64,000 nucleotides of DNA from an uncultured Armatimonadia bacterium. Lineage in GTDB: Bacteria; Armatimonadota; Zipacnadia; CAVVLO01. The position numbers were made by a program, and so were the translations under genes. The notes below the pieces were generated by a model. That model did not search any database. It was not told the origin of the DNA and was given only the letters and a program-made list of their open reading frames with translations. Where the stretch lies: positions 32,001 to 96,000 of the forward strand of contig CAVVLO010000002.1 in the NCBI GenBank assembly GCA_963749155.1. Direction: 5' to 3'. Each line of letters starts with the position of its first letter. Position 1 is the stretch's first letter. Of this stretch, positions 31,515-40,977 are shown piece by piece.

Positions 31515-31781
31515 ATGAAAAGGTCCTCTCTGATAATTGGGATAGCTGTGATAGCACTGTTCGTGGTGCTCTTTGCCGTTGGTGGCAAGAAGCAACCCGC
31601 TGCGAACGGGCCTGACTCGGGTATGAAAGTGTGCAATGAGATGGCTCTTTCAAATCAGGATTCCAGCGCAGCTCCAGTCGACGATGATCTTTGCATCAAG
31701 CAGGACATGAAGCGAGCCGAACAGAAGACCGAGACAGAGACTCAGACTAACCAGGCGGTAAGCAAGAAGCGCTCGGTCTAG
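31515..31781 (+). CDS. Small exported or membrane-anchored hypothetical protein
   Basis: N-terminal hydrophobic helix, two Cys, own downstream terminator. Confidence 0.6.
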   Translation: MKRSSLIIGIAVIALFVVLFAVGGKKQPAANGPDSGMKVCNEMALSNQDSSAAPVDDDLCIKQDMKRAEQKTETETQTNQAVSKKRSV

Positions 31782-31831
31782 AGTGTCTTGCTCCATCAAG
31801 CCATAAAGCATATACCTGCCCTGTCCTCTTG

Positions 31832-31866
31832 GCGAGTCGATCTCAAGATCGGCTCGCTTTTCCTTT
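31832..31866 (+). terminator. Intrinsic terminator
   Basis: GCGAGTCGATC-tcaa-GATCGGCTCGC-TTTTCCTTT. Confidence 0.75.
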
Positions 31867-31894
31867 CAAGCCCAGTTTGAACGAGAGACAATCC

Positions 31895-31933
31895 AAAAAG
31901 AAAGACCGCCGCGCCTTTTGAGCGCGACGGCCT
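31895..31933 (-). terminator. Intrinsic terminator of the GH50-like gene
   Basis: Minus strand GCCGTCGCGC-loop-GCGCGGCGGT-CTTTCTTTTT. Confidence 0.7.
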
Positions 31934-31955
31934 GATGAATCACTTGCCAGCTGGA

Positions 31956-34202
31956 CTACTGGACTTCCAGCTTGAAGAAGCCTGTTGGGGCTCCCACCAG
32001 GAAGGCGTTGAAGTTGGCTACCTGGAGAGTACGCGCCGCGAACGGCTGCATAGTGTCCTTCACATCGGTAATACCGACGCCAGCATCTCGCCCCTGGACA
32101 TCGGCAGTCTTCGGATAGTCGATATACCCATCCCAGGCAATCCCGACGACATAAGGCTGTTGCAGACCCTTGTACAGGAAGCGCTGATAGACAAGCGCCC
32201 GCTGAACCTGGTCGGCAACCTGGAAGGAAGCACCCTTCCCATTGGGCAGGCCCGAATCACTGGAAGCCAGGGCGAAACCTGTGATGATCATTGGCTTCTG
32301 GCCAGCGGCATAAAGCTCGCCGAAACGCTCCCAGGGGAATTCCAGCATATCGCAGTTTATCTGCAGGAGATCAACCTGGGCTGCTACAGCCTGCACCAGC
32401 GCATCAGAAGAGCCCAGGGTAAGCCTTGGACCGACCAGCAGATGCCTGGTGTCAGTTGCGCGGATAGCGGCGACGAAGGGGGTCAGATACCTGGTCGCCA
32501 AGGCCGCAGCGAACTCACCTTTGTCGAGTCTTGCCCTTGCATTGTCAGCCCCGAGCAGCGCGCTCGAAGCCGCCTCTCCGATTGCCGATACTTGCGCTCC
32601 CCAGGCGGTACCCAGGGCGCTCGCATTGCCATACTTGCTGTTCAGCAAATCGAACAGGGCCTGCTTGGCAGGCGCGCCAGCTGGCAGTTTGAGCACTGCA
32701 TCCGCAAGGAAGGTATCTCCCCGGCCTTGTAGATGAGCCGGCGCGAGGTCTCCAAGGTCATAGCCGACCAGCAAGGCGTCTTTGGCCAGTTCCTCAATCT
32801 TGGCCGCTACCGCTGCCTGGACTGCCGCATCGAATCCGGGAGCGAAAGGATCATAGATACCCGGTGCAAGAACCGGAGCGCCTTCGGGCAATTCAAAGCG
32901 AGCCAGGTAGGGAACCAGTTTCTGCCCTACGACGGCGGTGTCGGTACCACGTCCCAGCAGGTTGAAGTTCATTGACCTGATGCGGTCCAGAGTATTGTCA
33001 GCCCAACCTGATTTCCAGTTGGTGCCATTCTCATCGCCATATTTGGTGATGACGTTGTAGAGGTAAGGCGAATAGCAATCTTCGCCTGCGATGGTTCGGA
33101 AGGCTTCGGCATACTTCACCCGGACATCAACTGCATCAAGCTCGGGGAAGGCTGTGGTATCGGCAGTAAGCGGGGTGAAAGTACTGTCGAAGCCGGCTCC
33201 ATCAAGGCCCATACCGAACCAGATGCCTCCGATGGGGTCAACAAGCGTCCATTTGCCTTCTACCTGATTGAGGTAGAAATGACCTTTCACGTCATACTCG
33301 CGCGCGCCGAAGCCGCCGTAGCGGTCAGCAAGAAGAGGAGAGGCGGGACGCGATGCAGTTGGCACAGCGCCTGCGATATTGCTGAGGCCTGCTCCGATGC
33401 GACCATATTTATCGACTGGCACCAGTTGATAAGTGTATTCGGCGCCATTCTCGACAGCGGGGTCGAACAGATAACTGAGGGTCGTGAGACCCAGCAGTTG
33501 GGTGCTCTTTAACTGCTGTGCGATAGTGGTGCTTTTTACCACGTTGTAGTATTCGGTGCTGGGTACGCCAGTCCAGGTAAGCACTACATACCCATTGCCC
33601 GAAATGCTGCGCAGGTCCGTGACAGCGGGCAAGACAGCGCGCTGACCGAGTTCGAGGTCATCCAGCACCAGCGTCACCGGGCTTTCAAGCCCGACCGCGA
33701 CGAGGCGCACACTAACCACCGAGCTGATGTCTATGCGGTCATTGCACCAGCCGCGTGGCGAGAAGCCTTCAAGCATCCAGAGGGTAGGCAGCTCAATTGG
33801 ACGGGCGTTGGGGGTAAACTCGAGTTCAGGGAGATATTCTGCCCCATTGCTGTCCATAACGCCCAGTCTGAATTTGGCTGTGCCAGTGCCTTTCACTTTT
33901 CCAAAAAGCGAGAAAGCCGCATAATCCATCCAACTGCCTTTGGGCAGCTTGGAGAAGACAATCTCGGCGACTTCCTGACCAGGCTTGAAGGTGATCTCGA
34001 GGCTCTGGGTTCCCGCAAGCACATCGCTCTTGGTTAAACTGAGCTCGGCGTTAGTTGCTGTTACGTTCTTGAGAGGTTCGTTTCCCTCAAAATCGTTGAT
34101 GCCGAGTACAGGCTTCGGCTCATCGGCGGCGAAAGCCGCAAAGGGGGCTGAGAGCAGCAGGCAGCCGCATAGCAGCGCCCACAGGTAGCGCTTGGTCGTC
34201 AT
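31956..34202 (-). CDS. Secreted GH50 (beta-agarase)-like protein with CBM-like and Fn3 domains; catalytic Glu apparently absent
   Basis: Signal peptide; DRYGG, GHFY...EGKWTLVDP.G, RIRSMNFN.LG, IRA.D..HLLVG.R, PYVVG..W..YID; GGAGG RBS. Confidence 0.7.
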   Translation of the reverse strand: MTTKRYLWALLCGCLLLSAPFAAFAADEPKPVLGINDFEGNEPLKNVTATNAELSLTKSDVLAGTQSLEITFKPGQEVAEIVFSKLPKGSWMDYAAFSLFGKVKGTGTAKFRLGVMDSNGAEYLPELEFTPNARPIELPTLWMLEGFSPRGWCNDRIDISSVVSVRLVAVGLESPVTLVLDDLELGQRAVLPAVTDLRSISGNGYVVLTWTGVPSTEYYNVVKSTTIAQQLKSTQLLGLTTLSYLFDPAVENGAEYTYQLVPVDKYGRIGAGLSNIAGAVPTASRPASPLLADRYGGFGAREYDVKGHFYLNQVEGKWTLVDPIGGIWFGMGLDGAGFDSTFTPLTADTTAFPELDAVDVRVKYAEAFRTIAGEDCYSPYLYNVITKYGDENGTNWKSGWADNTLDRIRSMNFNLLGRGTDTAVVGQKLVPYLARFELPEGAPVLAPGIYDPFAPGFDAAVQAAVAAKIEELAKDALLVGYDLGDLAPAHLQGRGDTFLADAVLKLPAGAPAKQALFDLLNSKYGNASALGTAWGAQVSAIGEAASSALLGADNARARLDKGEFAAALATRYLTPFVAAIRATDTRHLLVGPRLTLGSSDALVQAVAAQVDLLQINCDMLEFPWERFGELYAAGQKPMIITGFALASSDSGLPNGKGASFQVADQVQRALVYQRFLYKGLQQPYVVGIAWDGYIDYPKTADVQGRDAGVGITDVKDTMQPFAARTLQVANFNAFLVGAPTGFFKLEVQ

Positions 34203-34266
34203 AGAGACGGGCCTCCTGGTTCTGACATGCTTGCGAGAATCGGTCCACTCGAATGAGGTGACTGCA

Positions 34267-34277
34267 AGTATAGCACA
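34267..34277 (-). promoter_or_regulatory. Extended -10 element for the GH50-like gene
   Basis: Minus strand TGTGCTATACT. Confidence 0.5.
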
Positions 34278-34470
34278 CACAGCCCTCAAGAGATTATTGA
34301 CTGCAAACACGGGAGCAGGTTTCACACTCGCCTAAACGAAGATGCCGATACTAGCACCAAAGGGAGTCTTTAATGAAGCTGGCACGCCCCTCAGGCGACT
34401 GGCCTGGCGCGAAAAAAGTATCAGTTTATTATACCACCTGGCGCCTGGCGCTTAGTTAAGGAGCCTCCGG

Positions 34471-36432
34471 TTGGCGGACCAGTCTTCACTAGCAAACCAG
34501 GGCCTTGCCCATACCTCTCATCCCAAAGTGCGCCCTGGCGCTGTGGTTCTCGGCTTGCTGTTGCTTCCGCTTAACGCCTGGTTGCTCTATACCTGCGAAC
34601 TTGTGAATTATTCTTTCCCAACCTATGCCGCACCTTTCTACAATGCAATTTTTTGGCTTTTCCTGTTAACTCTTGCCAATCTGCCCCTGCGGCGCTATCT
34701 GCCCAAACTGGCCCTTTCTGGCGCCGAGCTTGCCCTGCTTTATGTGATGCTGTCGGTAGCCTCGGCACTCTTCTCCACCAATATGATGGAGATCCTGGCC
34801 AACCTGATAACCTATCCTCATCAGTACACCACCCCCTCCAACCACTGGGATGCGCTTTTCTTCGAGTATCTGCCAAACCACCTGGTATTGAGCGATCAGC
34901 AGGTCATCAGAGATTACTATTTTGGCAATTCGACTCTGTGGACAGCCGATACACTGCGCCTCTGGATGCGGCCACTCCTCGCCTGGTGCGGTTTCACTTT
35001 CGTGTTGCTGTCGACGCAACTTGCCCTTAACGTCATCCTGCGCAAACAATGGGTCGAACACGAGCGTCTGACCTATCCAGTCGTGCAGCTTCCTGCAGAG
35101 CTTGCCCACAACGCCTCGGGGCTTTTTCATCAGAAGTTGCTGTGGTATGGCTTTGCGCTTGCGGGAGCGGTAACTCTGATAAATGGGCTGAGCTTTTTCT
35201 GGCCGGCCATCCCCTACATCCCAGTCCGCAGGCAGAGGCTGATAGATGGCCTCTCCTCTCTTGGCTGGAGGCAGCTTAACGGGGTGACGCTATCGCTGTA
35301 TTTTTTCTCGCTGGCAATCGGCTTTCTGATGCCGGTCGAATTATCCACTTCCTGCTGGGTGTTTTTCTGGCTCGGTCGGATGCAGCTTGTGGTTGGCGAT
35401 GCCACTGGCTGGAGCGGCGGAGCTGGCTTCCCCTGGCCGGACGATCAGTCTTTTGGAGCTTACCTGGCGATGTTCGTGGCTGGCTGCTGGAGTGGCCGAA
35501 AATATTTCGGGCAGGTACTGAGAGCCGTCGCAGGCGATCGCAAGGCTCTTCCACCAGAGGAAGGCAGGACAGTCCAGAGAGCTGCCCTTGTGGTAGTGGT
35601 CGGTGTGGTACTGCTCATCGGCTTTGCAATGGCGGCTGGGCTGGCTTTCCGCCTTGCGGTGGCCTTTTTCGTGCTCTACTTCATAATGGCCCTTATGGTC
35701 GTGCGCATCAGAGCCGAGTTTGGTTTCCCAGTTCACGATATGCATCATATGGGCCCGCATGAGTCACTCGTGCGGCTCTTCAGCCCTCGCTCTTTTGCGG
35801 CAAGAGACCTTACGGTCTTCTCTCTATTCCACTGGTTTAACCGTACTTATGCCTCCCACCCGATGCCGCATCAGCTTGAAGGTTTCAAACTGGCTGAACG
35901 CACCCAGGTCGATTATCGAAGGTTCATCTGGCCCCTGGTTCTCACAGGGCTGGTGGCGCCCTTCGTGACAATGCTCACCCTGGGCACCGCGATGATGAGG
36001 AACGGCGCGGCGACGGCCAAGGTGAACCAGTGGGGGGCCCAGTTCGGCGCCGAGACTTTCGGTCGCCTGGCAGGCTGGCTGCAGACTCGCGAAAACTTCG
36101 AGCCTGTACACTTCCTCATCACCGGGATTGCCTTCTGTATGACCCTGGTGATGTTCGCGGCCAGATTGCGCTTCCAGTGGATGTTCCTCCACCCGCTGGC
36201 TTATGCGGTCAGTTTCAGTTGGGGGATGCACCAGTTGTGGGCGCCCATCCTGCTTGGTGGCCTCACGAAGGCGCTGCTGCTCAGGTATGGTTCGTTGCGT
36301 GTCTACAGGAAGGTGCTCCCTTTTGTTCTGGGACTGATGCTGGGAGAATTCGTCATCGGCGCTTTATGGGCTGTCTTTGGGCTGGTGACAGGCTTGAAAG
36401 TATATGACGTATGGCCCGGGCCTATGGTCTAG
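34471..36432 (+). CDS. DUF6785/DUF6784-type polytopic membrane protein (putative transporter)
   Basis: ELALLYVML, W..PLLAW, LRKQWVEHERLTYP..QLP, RIRAE.G.P, LHPLAY, LRYG, GLMLGEF; AAGGAG RBS. Confidence 0.75.
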   Translation: MADQSSLANQGLAHTSHPKVRPGAVVLGLLLLPLNAWLLYTCELVNYSFPTYAAPFYNAIFWLFLLTLANLPLRRYLPKLALSGAELALLYVMLSVASALFSTNMMEILANLITYPHQYTTPSNHWDALFFEYLPNHLVLSDQQVIRDYYFGNSTLWTADTLRLWMRPLLAWCGFTFVLLSTQLALNVILRKQWVEHERLTYPVVQLPAELAHNASGLFHQKLLWYGFALAGAVTLINGLSFFWPAIPYIPVRRQRLIDGLSSLGWRQLNGVTLSLYFFSLAIGFLMPVELSTSCWVFFWLGRMQLVVGDATGWSGGAGFPWPDDQSFGAYLAMFVAGCWSGRKYFGQVLRAVAGDRKALPPEEGRTVQRAALVVVVGVVLLIGFAMAAGLAFRLAVAFFVLYFIMALMVVRIRAEFGFPVHDMHHMGPHESLVRLFSPRSFAARDLTVFSLFHWFNRTYASHPMPHQLEGFKLAERTQVDYRRFIWPLVLTGLVAPFVTMLTLGTAMMRNGAATAKVNQWGAQFGAETFGRLAGWLQTRENFEPVHFLITGIAFCMTLVMFAARLRFQWMFLHPLAYAVSFSWGMHQLWAPILLGGLTKALLLRYGSLRVYRKVLPFVLGLMLGEFVIGALWAVFGLVTGLKVYDVWPGPMV

Positions 36433-36436
36433 CCAA

Positions 36437-36466
36437 TTGAGAGGCCCTCTGGGCCTGTGCTATACT
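36437..36466 (+). promoter_or_regulatory. sigma70-type promoter for the arg operon
   Basis: TTGAGA 36437-42, 18 bp, TGc-TATACT 36461-66. Confidence 0.55.
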
Positions 36467-36493
36467 GGCGCAAGTCTCCAGGGGGTGTTTACC

Positions 36494-37540
36494 GTGATCA
36501 AAGCGGGCATTATCGGCGCTACTGGCTACTTCGGACTGGAGCTCGTGCGGCTCCTGGCCCGTCACCCTGACGTGACTCTTGCTGGAGTCTATTCTCGCAC
36601 CTATGCCGGACAGCGGTTCTCGGACGTTTATCCCCACCTTGCGGGGCAGTTCGACCAGGACATCGTGGCCTTCGAGCCGGAGCTTGCCGAAGGGCTGGAC
36701 GTGCTCTTCCTCTGCACGCCTCACGGGGTCGCTGCGCGAACCGTCCCTCAGGCGATAGAATATGGCACGGTATGTATCGACGTCAGCGCTGACTTCCGGC
36801 TGAAAGATGCCGCTGTCTATGAGAAGTGGTACAAGACCGAGCACGCCAGTCCCGAACTGCTGGCGCAAGCGGTTTACGGCCTGCCAGAGCTTTACGGTGA
36901 GCAGATCAAGAGTGCGAACATAATAGGCAACCCAGGCTGCTATCCAACCTCGGTGCTGCTTGCGCTCTTGCCGGCTTTACAGGCCGGTCTGGTCGACCTT
37001 GAAGCCATCGTGGTAGACAGCAAGTCAGGGGTGTCAGGGGCAGGACGGACGAAACTCGACCTGATGTATCACTTCCCCGAGTGCAACGACAACCTCACTC
37101 CATATGGCGTAAAGGGACACCGGCATGTCTCCGAGATAAATCAGACGCTCTCCGAAGTGGCTGGCTCTGACATCAAGATAAGCTTTACGCCTCATCTCAT
37201 ACCGATGACACGCGGGATTCTTAGCAGCATCTATCTCTTCCCGACCAGCGAACTTACCACTGAGAGCGCCCAGGGGCTGTATGAAGATTACTACACGGAC
37301 AAGCCCTTTGTGCGGGTGATGCCTGCGGGCAAGCTGCCTTGCACAAAACAGGTTCAGGGCACCAACTTCTGCGACCTGGGACTGACTGTTACTGGTTATG
37401 CGGCCAGGCCAATGCTGGTTGTGCACTCAGCAATCGATAATCTGGTAAAGGGCGCGGCTGGCCAGGCAGTCCAGAACATGAATCTGCGGTTTGGGCTGCC
37501 CGAGACGGCAGGGCTGGACCAGCTTGGGCTCTATCCCTAA
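36494..37540 (+). CDS. argC: N-acetyl-gamma-glutamyl-phosphate reductase
   Basis: GATGY, SADFRL, NPGCYPT, SGVSGAG, IDNLVKGAAGQAVQNMN. Confidence 0.97.
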   Translation: MIKAGIIGATGYFGLELVRLLARHPDVTLAGVYSRTYAGQRFSDVYPHLAGQFDQDIVAFEPELAEGLDVLFLCTPHGVAARTVPQAIEYGTVCIDVSADFRLKDAAVYEKWYKTEHASPELLAQAVYGLPELYGEQIKSANIIGNPGCYPTSVLLALLPALQAGLVDLEAIVVDSKSGVSGAGRTKLDLMYHFPECNDNLTPYGVKGHRHVSEINQTLSEVAGSDIKISFTPHLIPMTRGILSSIYLFPTSELTTESAQGLYEDYYTDKPFVRVMPAGKLPCTKQVQGTNFCDLGLTVTGYAARPMLVVHSAIDNLVKGAAGQAVQNMNLRFGLPETAGLDQLGLYP

Positions 37541-37550
37541 GGAGGCTACG

Positions 37551-38732
37551 ATGACTCCCAAAGGTTTTCAGTTTTCAGCAGTACGGTGCGGTATCAAGAG
37601 CAAGGGCAACGATGTGGCGGTAATCGCCTCAATGCAGCCTGCGAACGCAGCGGCCGTCTTTACCACCAACAAAGTATTCGCGGCGCCCATCCAGGTCAGC
37701 AGGGAGCATCTGGCCGCCGGCAAAGGCATCCAGGCCATCGTCGTGAACAGCGGCAATGCCAATGCCTGCACTGGCGAAGAAGGCGTTGCCAATGCGCGGA
37801 AGGCTTGCGCGCTCGCAGCCGAGCGTCTGGCCATCTCGCCCGAGCAGGTAATGGTTGCATCTACCGGCATAATCGGCCGGCAGATGCCGATGGACAAGCT
37901 CGAGGTTGGCATAATGGCCGCCTTCGACAGTATGGCGCCGGATGACTTCGCCCAGGTTGCCGATGCGATAATGACCACCGACACCTTTATGAAGAACACG
38001 AGCCGCCCTGTCGAGTTGGCAGAGGGCTGCGAGGCCATTATCGCCGGGGTGACCAAAGGCGCCGGGATGATCTCGCCCAAGATGGCGACGATGCTTTGCT
38101 TTATCGTGACGGACGCTGCCATCGAGCCAGAGTGCGCTCAGCTGATGCTCGGCAAAGCGGTCGAGGCCTCCTTCAACCATGTAGTCATAGACGGCGATAT
38201 GAGCACCAACGACTGCTGCATGCTGCTCTACAACGGCGCGGCCGGCAACGAGCAGATTACGCCCGAGCATCCGCGCTACAAGGCCTTCGAGTGGAGCCTG
38301 ACCGAGGTCTGCAGCACTCTTGCCAAGATGATGGCGCGCGATGGAGAGGGCGCAACCAAGCTGGTCGAGGTGCGCGTGAAGGGCGCGGTCTCGAAGGAAG
38401 ACGCCGAACTCTGCGCGCGGGCGGTGGCTACCTCGCCGCTATGCAAGACTGCCTTCTTTGGGTCTGACCCCAACTGGGGACGGCTCTGCGCAGCCGCCGG
38501 CAGGTCGGGCGCCGAGGTCGACCGAGACAAGCTGGACTTGTATTTCAACGAGACGAAGATTGTAGAGGATGGTCGCGAGGTCGAAGGCAGTTATGGCGCG
38601 GCCAAACAGATAGTTTTGCAGGATGAGTATATCGTTACAATTGACTTGAACCTGGGCGAAGCCGAAACCTGGATCTGGACTTGCGATCTCAGCTACGACT
38701 ACGTTCAGGTAAACGCCGAATACCATACCTGA
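37551..38732 (+). CDS. argJ: Ornithine acetyltransferase/N-acetylglutamate synthase
   Basis: NSGNANACTG, IMTTDT, KGAGMI.P.MATML, DGEGATK, DPNWGR. Confidence 0.97.
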   Translation: MTPKGFQFSAVRCGIKSKGNDVAVIASMQPANAAAVFTTNKVFAAPIQVSREHLAAGKGIQAIVVNSGNANACTGEEGVANARKACALAAERLAISPEQVMVASTGIIGRQMPMDKLEVGIMAAFDSMAPDDFAQVADAIMTTDTFMKNTSRPVELAEGCEAIIAGVTKGAGMISPKMATMLCFIVTDAAIEPECAQLMLGKAVEASFNHVVIDGDMSTNDCCMLLYNGAAGNEQITPEHPRYKAFEWSLTEVCSTLAKMMARDGEGATKLVEVRVKGAVSKEDAELCARAVATSPLCKTAFFGSDPNWGRLCAAAGRSGAEVDRDKLDLYFNETKIVEDGREVEGSYGAAKQIVLQDEYIVTIDLNLGEAETWIWTCDLSYDYVQVNAEYHT

Positions 38733-38752
38733 CGGGCCGGAGGGCGCCTCAG

Positions 38753-39637
38753 ATGGAAAATATCGAACTGCAGACACGGGTAGAAGTGCTGACCGAGGCC
38801 TTGCCGTATATCCAGCAACTACGTGGCGCGATGATCGTTGTGAAATATGGCGGCGCCGCGATGGTGGACGAAAACCTCAAAGCCCAGGTGTTGTCTGACC
38901 TGTCGCTGCTTCATTATGTGGGGCTGAAGCTGGTACTCGTGCATGGAGGCGGCAGAGAGATAAGCGCCCTGATGAAGCGGGTCGGCAAGGAGCCTCTGAT
39001 GGTCGCCGGCCGGCGCGTGACCGACAGCGAGACGATGGAGCTGACCGAGATGGTGCTGTCCGGCACCATCAACAAGGAGCTCGTGGCGGGCCTCAACACA
39101 CGCGGTCTCAAAGCCGTCGGGATAAGCGGGCGCGACGCCGATATGATGCGCGCAGCCAAGTTCATCAGCGAGGATGACCCAGAGGTAGATTATGGCCGGG
39201 TTGGGGTCATCGAACAGGTCAACGCCGAGTTGCTCGAGTCGCTGACTTACCACGGCTATGTGCCAGTGGTGTCGCCTGTCTCCGATGATGAGCAGGGTGA
39301 AAGCCTGAATGTTAACGCCGATGACGCGGCAAGCGCGCTGGCCCAGGGGCTCAAGGCCGACAAGCTGCTGCTGCTTTCGGATGTGCCCGGGGTGCTGGCT
39401 GATGCAAGCGACCCGAGTACGCTCCTTTCCGTCATCAAGACGAAAGAAGTCGAGCAATTGATTGCCCAGGGTACGATCACCGGAGGTATGGTGCCCAAGG
39501 TCAGGGCGCTCAGGCAAGCTGTCGAAAACGGGGTAGGCAAGGTGCATCTGATAGATGGCCGTGTCCCCCACAGCCTGCTGATGGAGCTGTTCACCGACAA
39601 GGGCATAGGCACCCTGATCGAGCCTGGAGAGGAATAA
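38753..39637 (+). CDS. argB: Acetylglutamate kinase
   Basis: VVKYGGAAM, VHGGG, NVNAD, GGMVPK, ELFTDKGIGT. Confidence 0.97.
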   Translation: MENIELQTRVEVLTEALPYIQQLRGAMIVVKYGGAAMVDENLKAQVLSDLSLLHYVGLKLVLVHGGGREISALMKRVGKEPLMVAGRRVTDSETMELTEMVLSGTINKELVAGLNTRGLKAVGISGRDADMMRAAKFISEDDPEVDYGRVGVIEQVNAELLESLTYHGYVPVVSPVSDDEQGESLNVNADDAASALAQGLKADKLLLLSDVPGVLADASDPSTLLSVIKTKEVEQLIAQGTITGGMVPKVRALRQAVENGVGKVHLIDGRVPHSLLMELFTDKGIGTLIEPGEE

Positions 39638-39638
39638 G

Positions 39639-40832
39639 ATGGAATTCGAGCAAATCAAATCACTAACTGATGAACATATAATGACCACCTACGGTCGGCT
39701 GCCGGTTGCTTTTGACCATGGCAAGGGGGTGCATCTCTGGGACACCACCGGCAAGCAATATCTTAACCTGCTGGCCGGCATTGCCGTGTGCAATCTGGGG
39801 CACTCTCATCCCCGGATTACCCTGGCTATCTGTGAGCAAGCCAGCAGACTGATACACACTTCGAACCTCTATCATATTGGCAATCAAGCTCGGCTTGCGA
39901 AGTTGCTTTGCGACAACTCATGTTTCGATAAGGCTTTCTTTTGCAATAGCGGCGCAGAGGCTAATGAGGCAGCTATAAAACTGGCGCGCAAGTGGGCCAA
40001 GGTCCAGGGCCATCCCGAAAAGTTTGAAGTAGTGACAGCGCTAAACAGTTTCCATGGCCGGACTCTGGTCACAATCACAGCTACAGGGCAGGAGAAATAC
40101 CAGAAATGGTTCACCCCGCTGCCCGCGGGATTCCGCTATGTGCCCTTGAACGACCTGGCAGCGCTTGAGGCCGCCGTTACCGACGCAACCTGCGCGATAA
40201 TGCTGGAGCCAATCCAGGGCGAATCAGGCGTGCGGCCGGCCAGTGCAACGTATCTTGCTGCAGCCCGGCGCCTGGCGGATGAGCGCGGCGCGCTGCTTAT
40301 CTTTGATGAAGTGCAGACAGGCAATGGTCGGACAGGCAAGCTGTGGGGTTATGAGCTGAGTGGCATCGAGCCGGATGTCGCGACCCTCGCAAAAGGGCTT
40401 GCCAACGGGCTGCCGATTGGCGCCTGCCTTGCCAAAGACAGCGCCTGCGTTTTCGAGCCAGGAGACCATGCTTCAACCTTCGGGGGCAATCCGCTGGTCT
40501 GCGCCGCCGCCCTGGCCGTGTGGGAGGAATTCATTTACGGCGAAGTGCTGCAGAATTGCCAGCGCACGGGTGCCTATTTCAAGCAGCAACTCGAGCTGCT
40601 GGCCGAACAGACTGGCCTGGTGGAGGAAGTCCGGGGTTGGGGCCTGATGCTGGGCTGCGAGTTCAAGCGCGAAATTGCCGGCGAGGTGAACGCCAAACTG
40701 CTTGAGCATGGCATCCTTGCCAATGCCATCGCGAACAAGACCTTGCGTTTTGTGCCCCCGCTCATCCTGCAGCAGGAGCATGTCGACCAGGCAGTAGAAG
40801 CCTTAAGGGAGATACTAACCGAGTATGTGTGA
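39639..40832 (+). CDS. argD: Acetylornithine aminotransferase
   Basis: NSGAEANE, SFHGRT, EPIQGE, FDEVQTG, AKGLANG, STFGGNP. Confidence 0.95.
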   Translation: MEFEQIKSLTDEHIMTTYGRLPVAFDHGKGVHLWDTTGKQYLNLLAGIAVCNLGHSHPRITLAICEQASRLIHTSNLYHIGNQARLAKLLCDNSCFDKAFFCNSGAEANEAAIKLARKWAKVQGHPEKFEVVTALNSFHGRTLVTITATGQEKYQKWFTPLPAGFRYVPLNDLAALEAAVTDATCAIMLEPIQGESGVRPASATYLAAARRLADERGALLIFDEVQTGNGRTGKLWGYELSGIEPDVATLAKGLANGLPIGACLAKDSACVFEPGDHASTFGGNPLVCAAALAVWEEFIYGEVLQNCQRTGAYFKQQLELLAEQTGLVEEVRGWGLMLGCEFKREIAGEVNAKLLEHGILANAIANKTLRFVPPLILQQEHVDQAVEALREILTEYV

Positions 40833-40962
40833 GCAGTCAGCCGAGGATTTTGCTTTCATCAGACGCCAGCTAGCCCTTGAGGATGGCCGGTACCTGGTGC
40901 TGTATGATTTTCCAAATCTGGCCGCTCCAGATGAGGAGCAGGTTGATGAGGCGAAGGACTGA
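40825..40962 (+). CDS. Small 45-aa ORF (MCEQSAEDFAFIRRQLALEDGRYLVLYDFPNLAAPDEEQVDEAKD), possibly GalT-associated
   Basis: Translated by hand; overlaps the argD stop and fills the gap to galT; L.DGR.L..YD motif. Confidence 0.6.
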   Translation: MCEQSAEDFAFIRRQLALEDGRYLVLYDFPNLAAPDEEQVDEAKD

Positions 40963-40977
40963 AGAAGGTGAGGCCAG

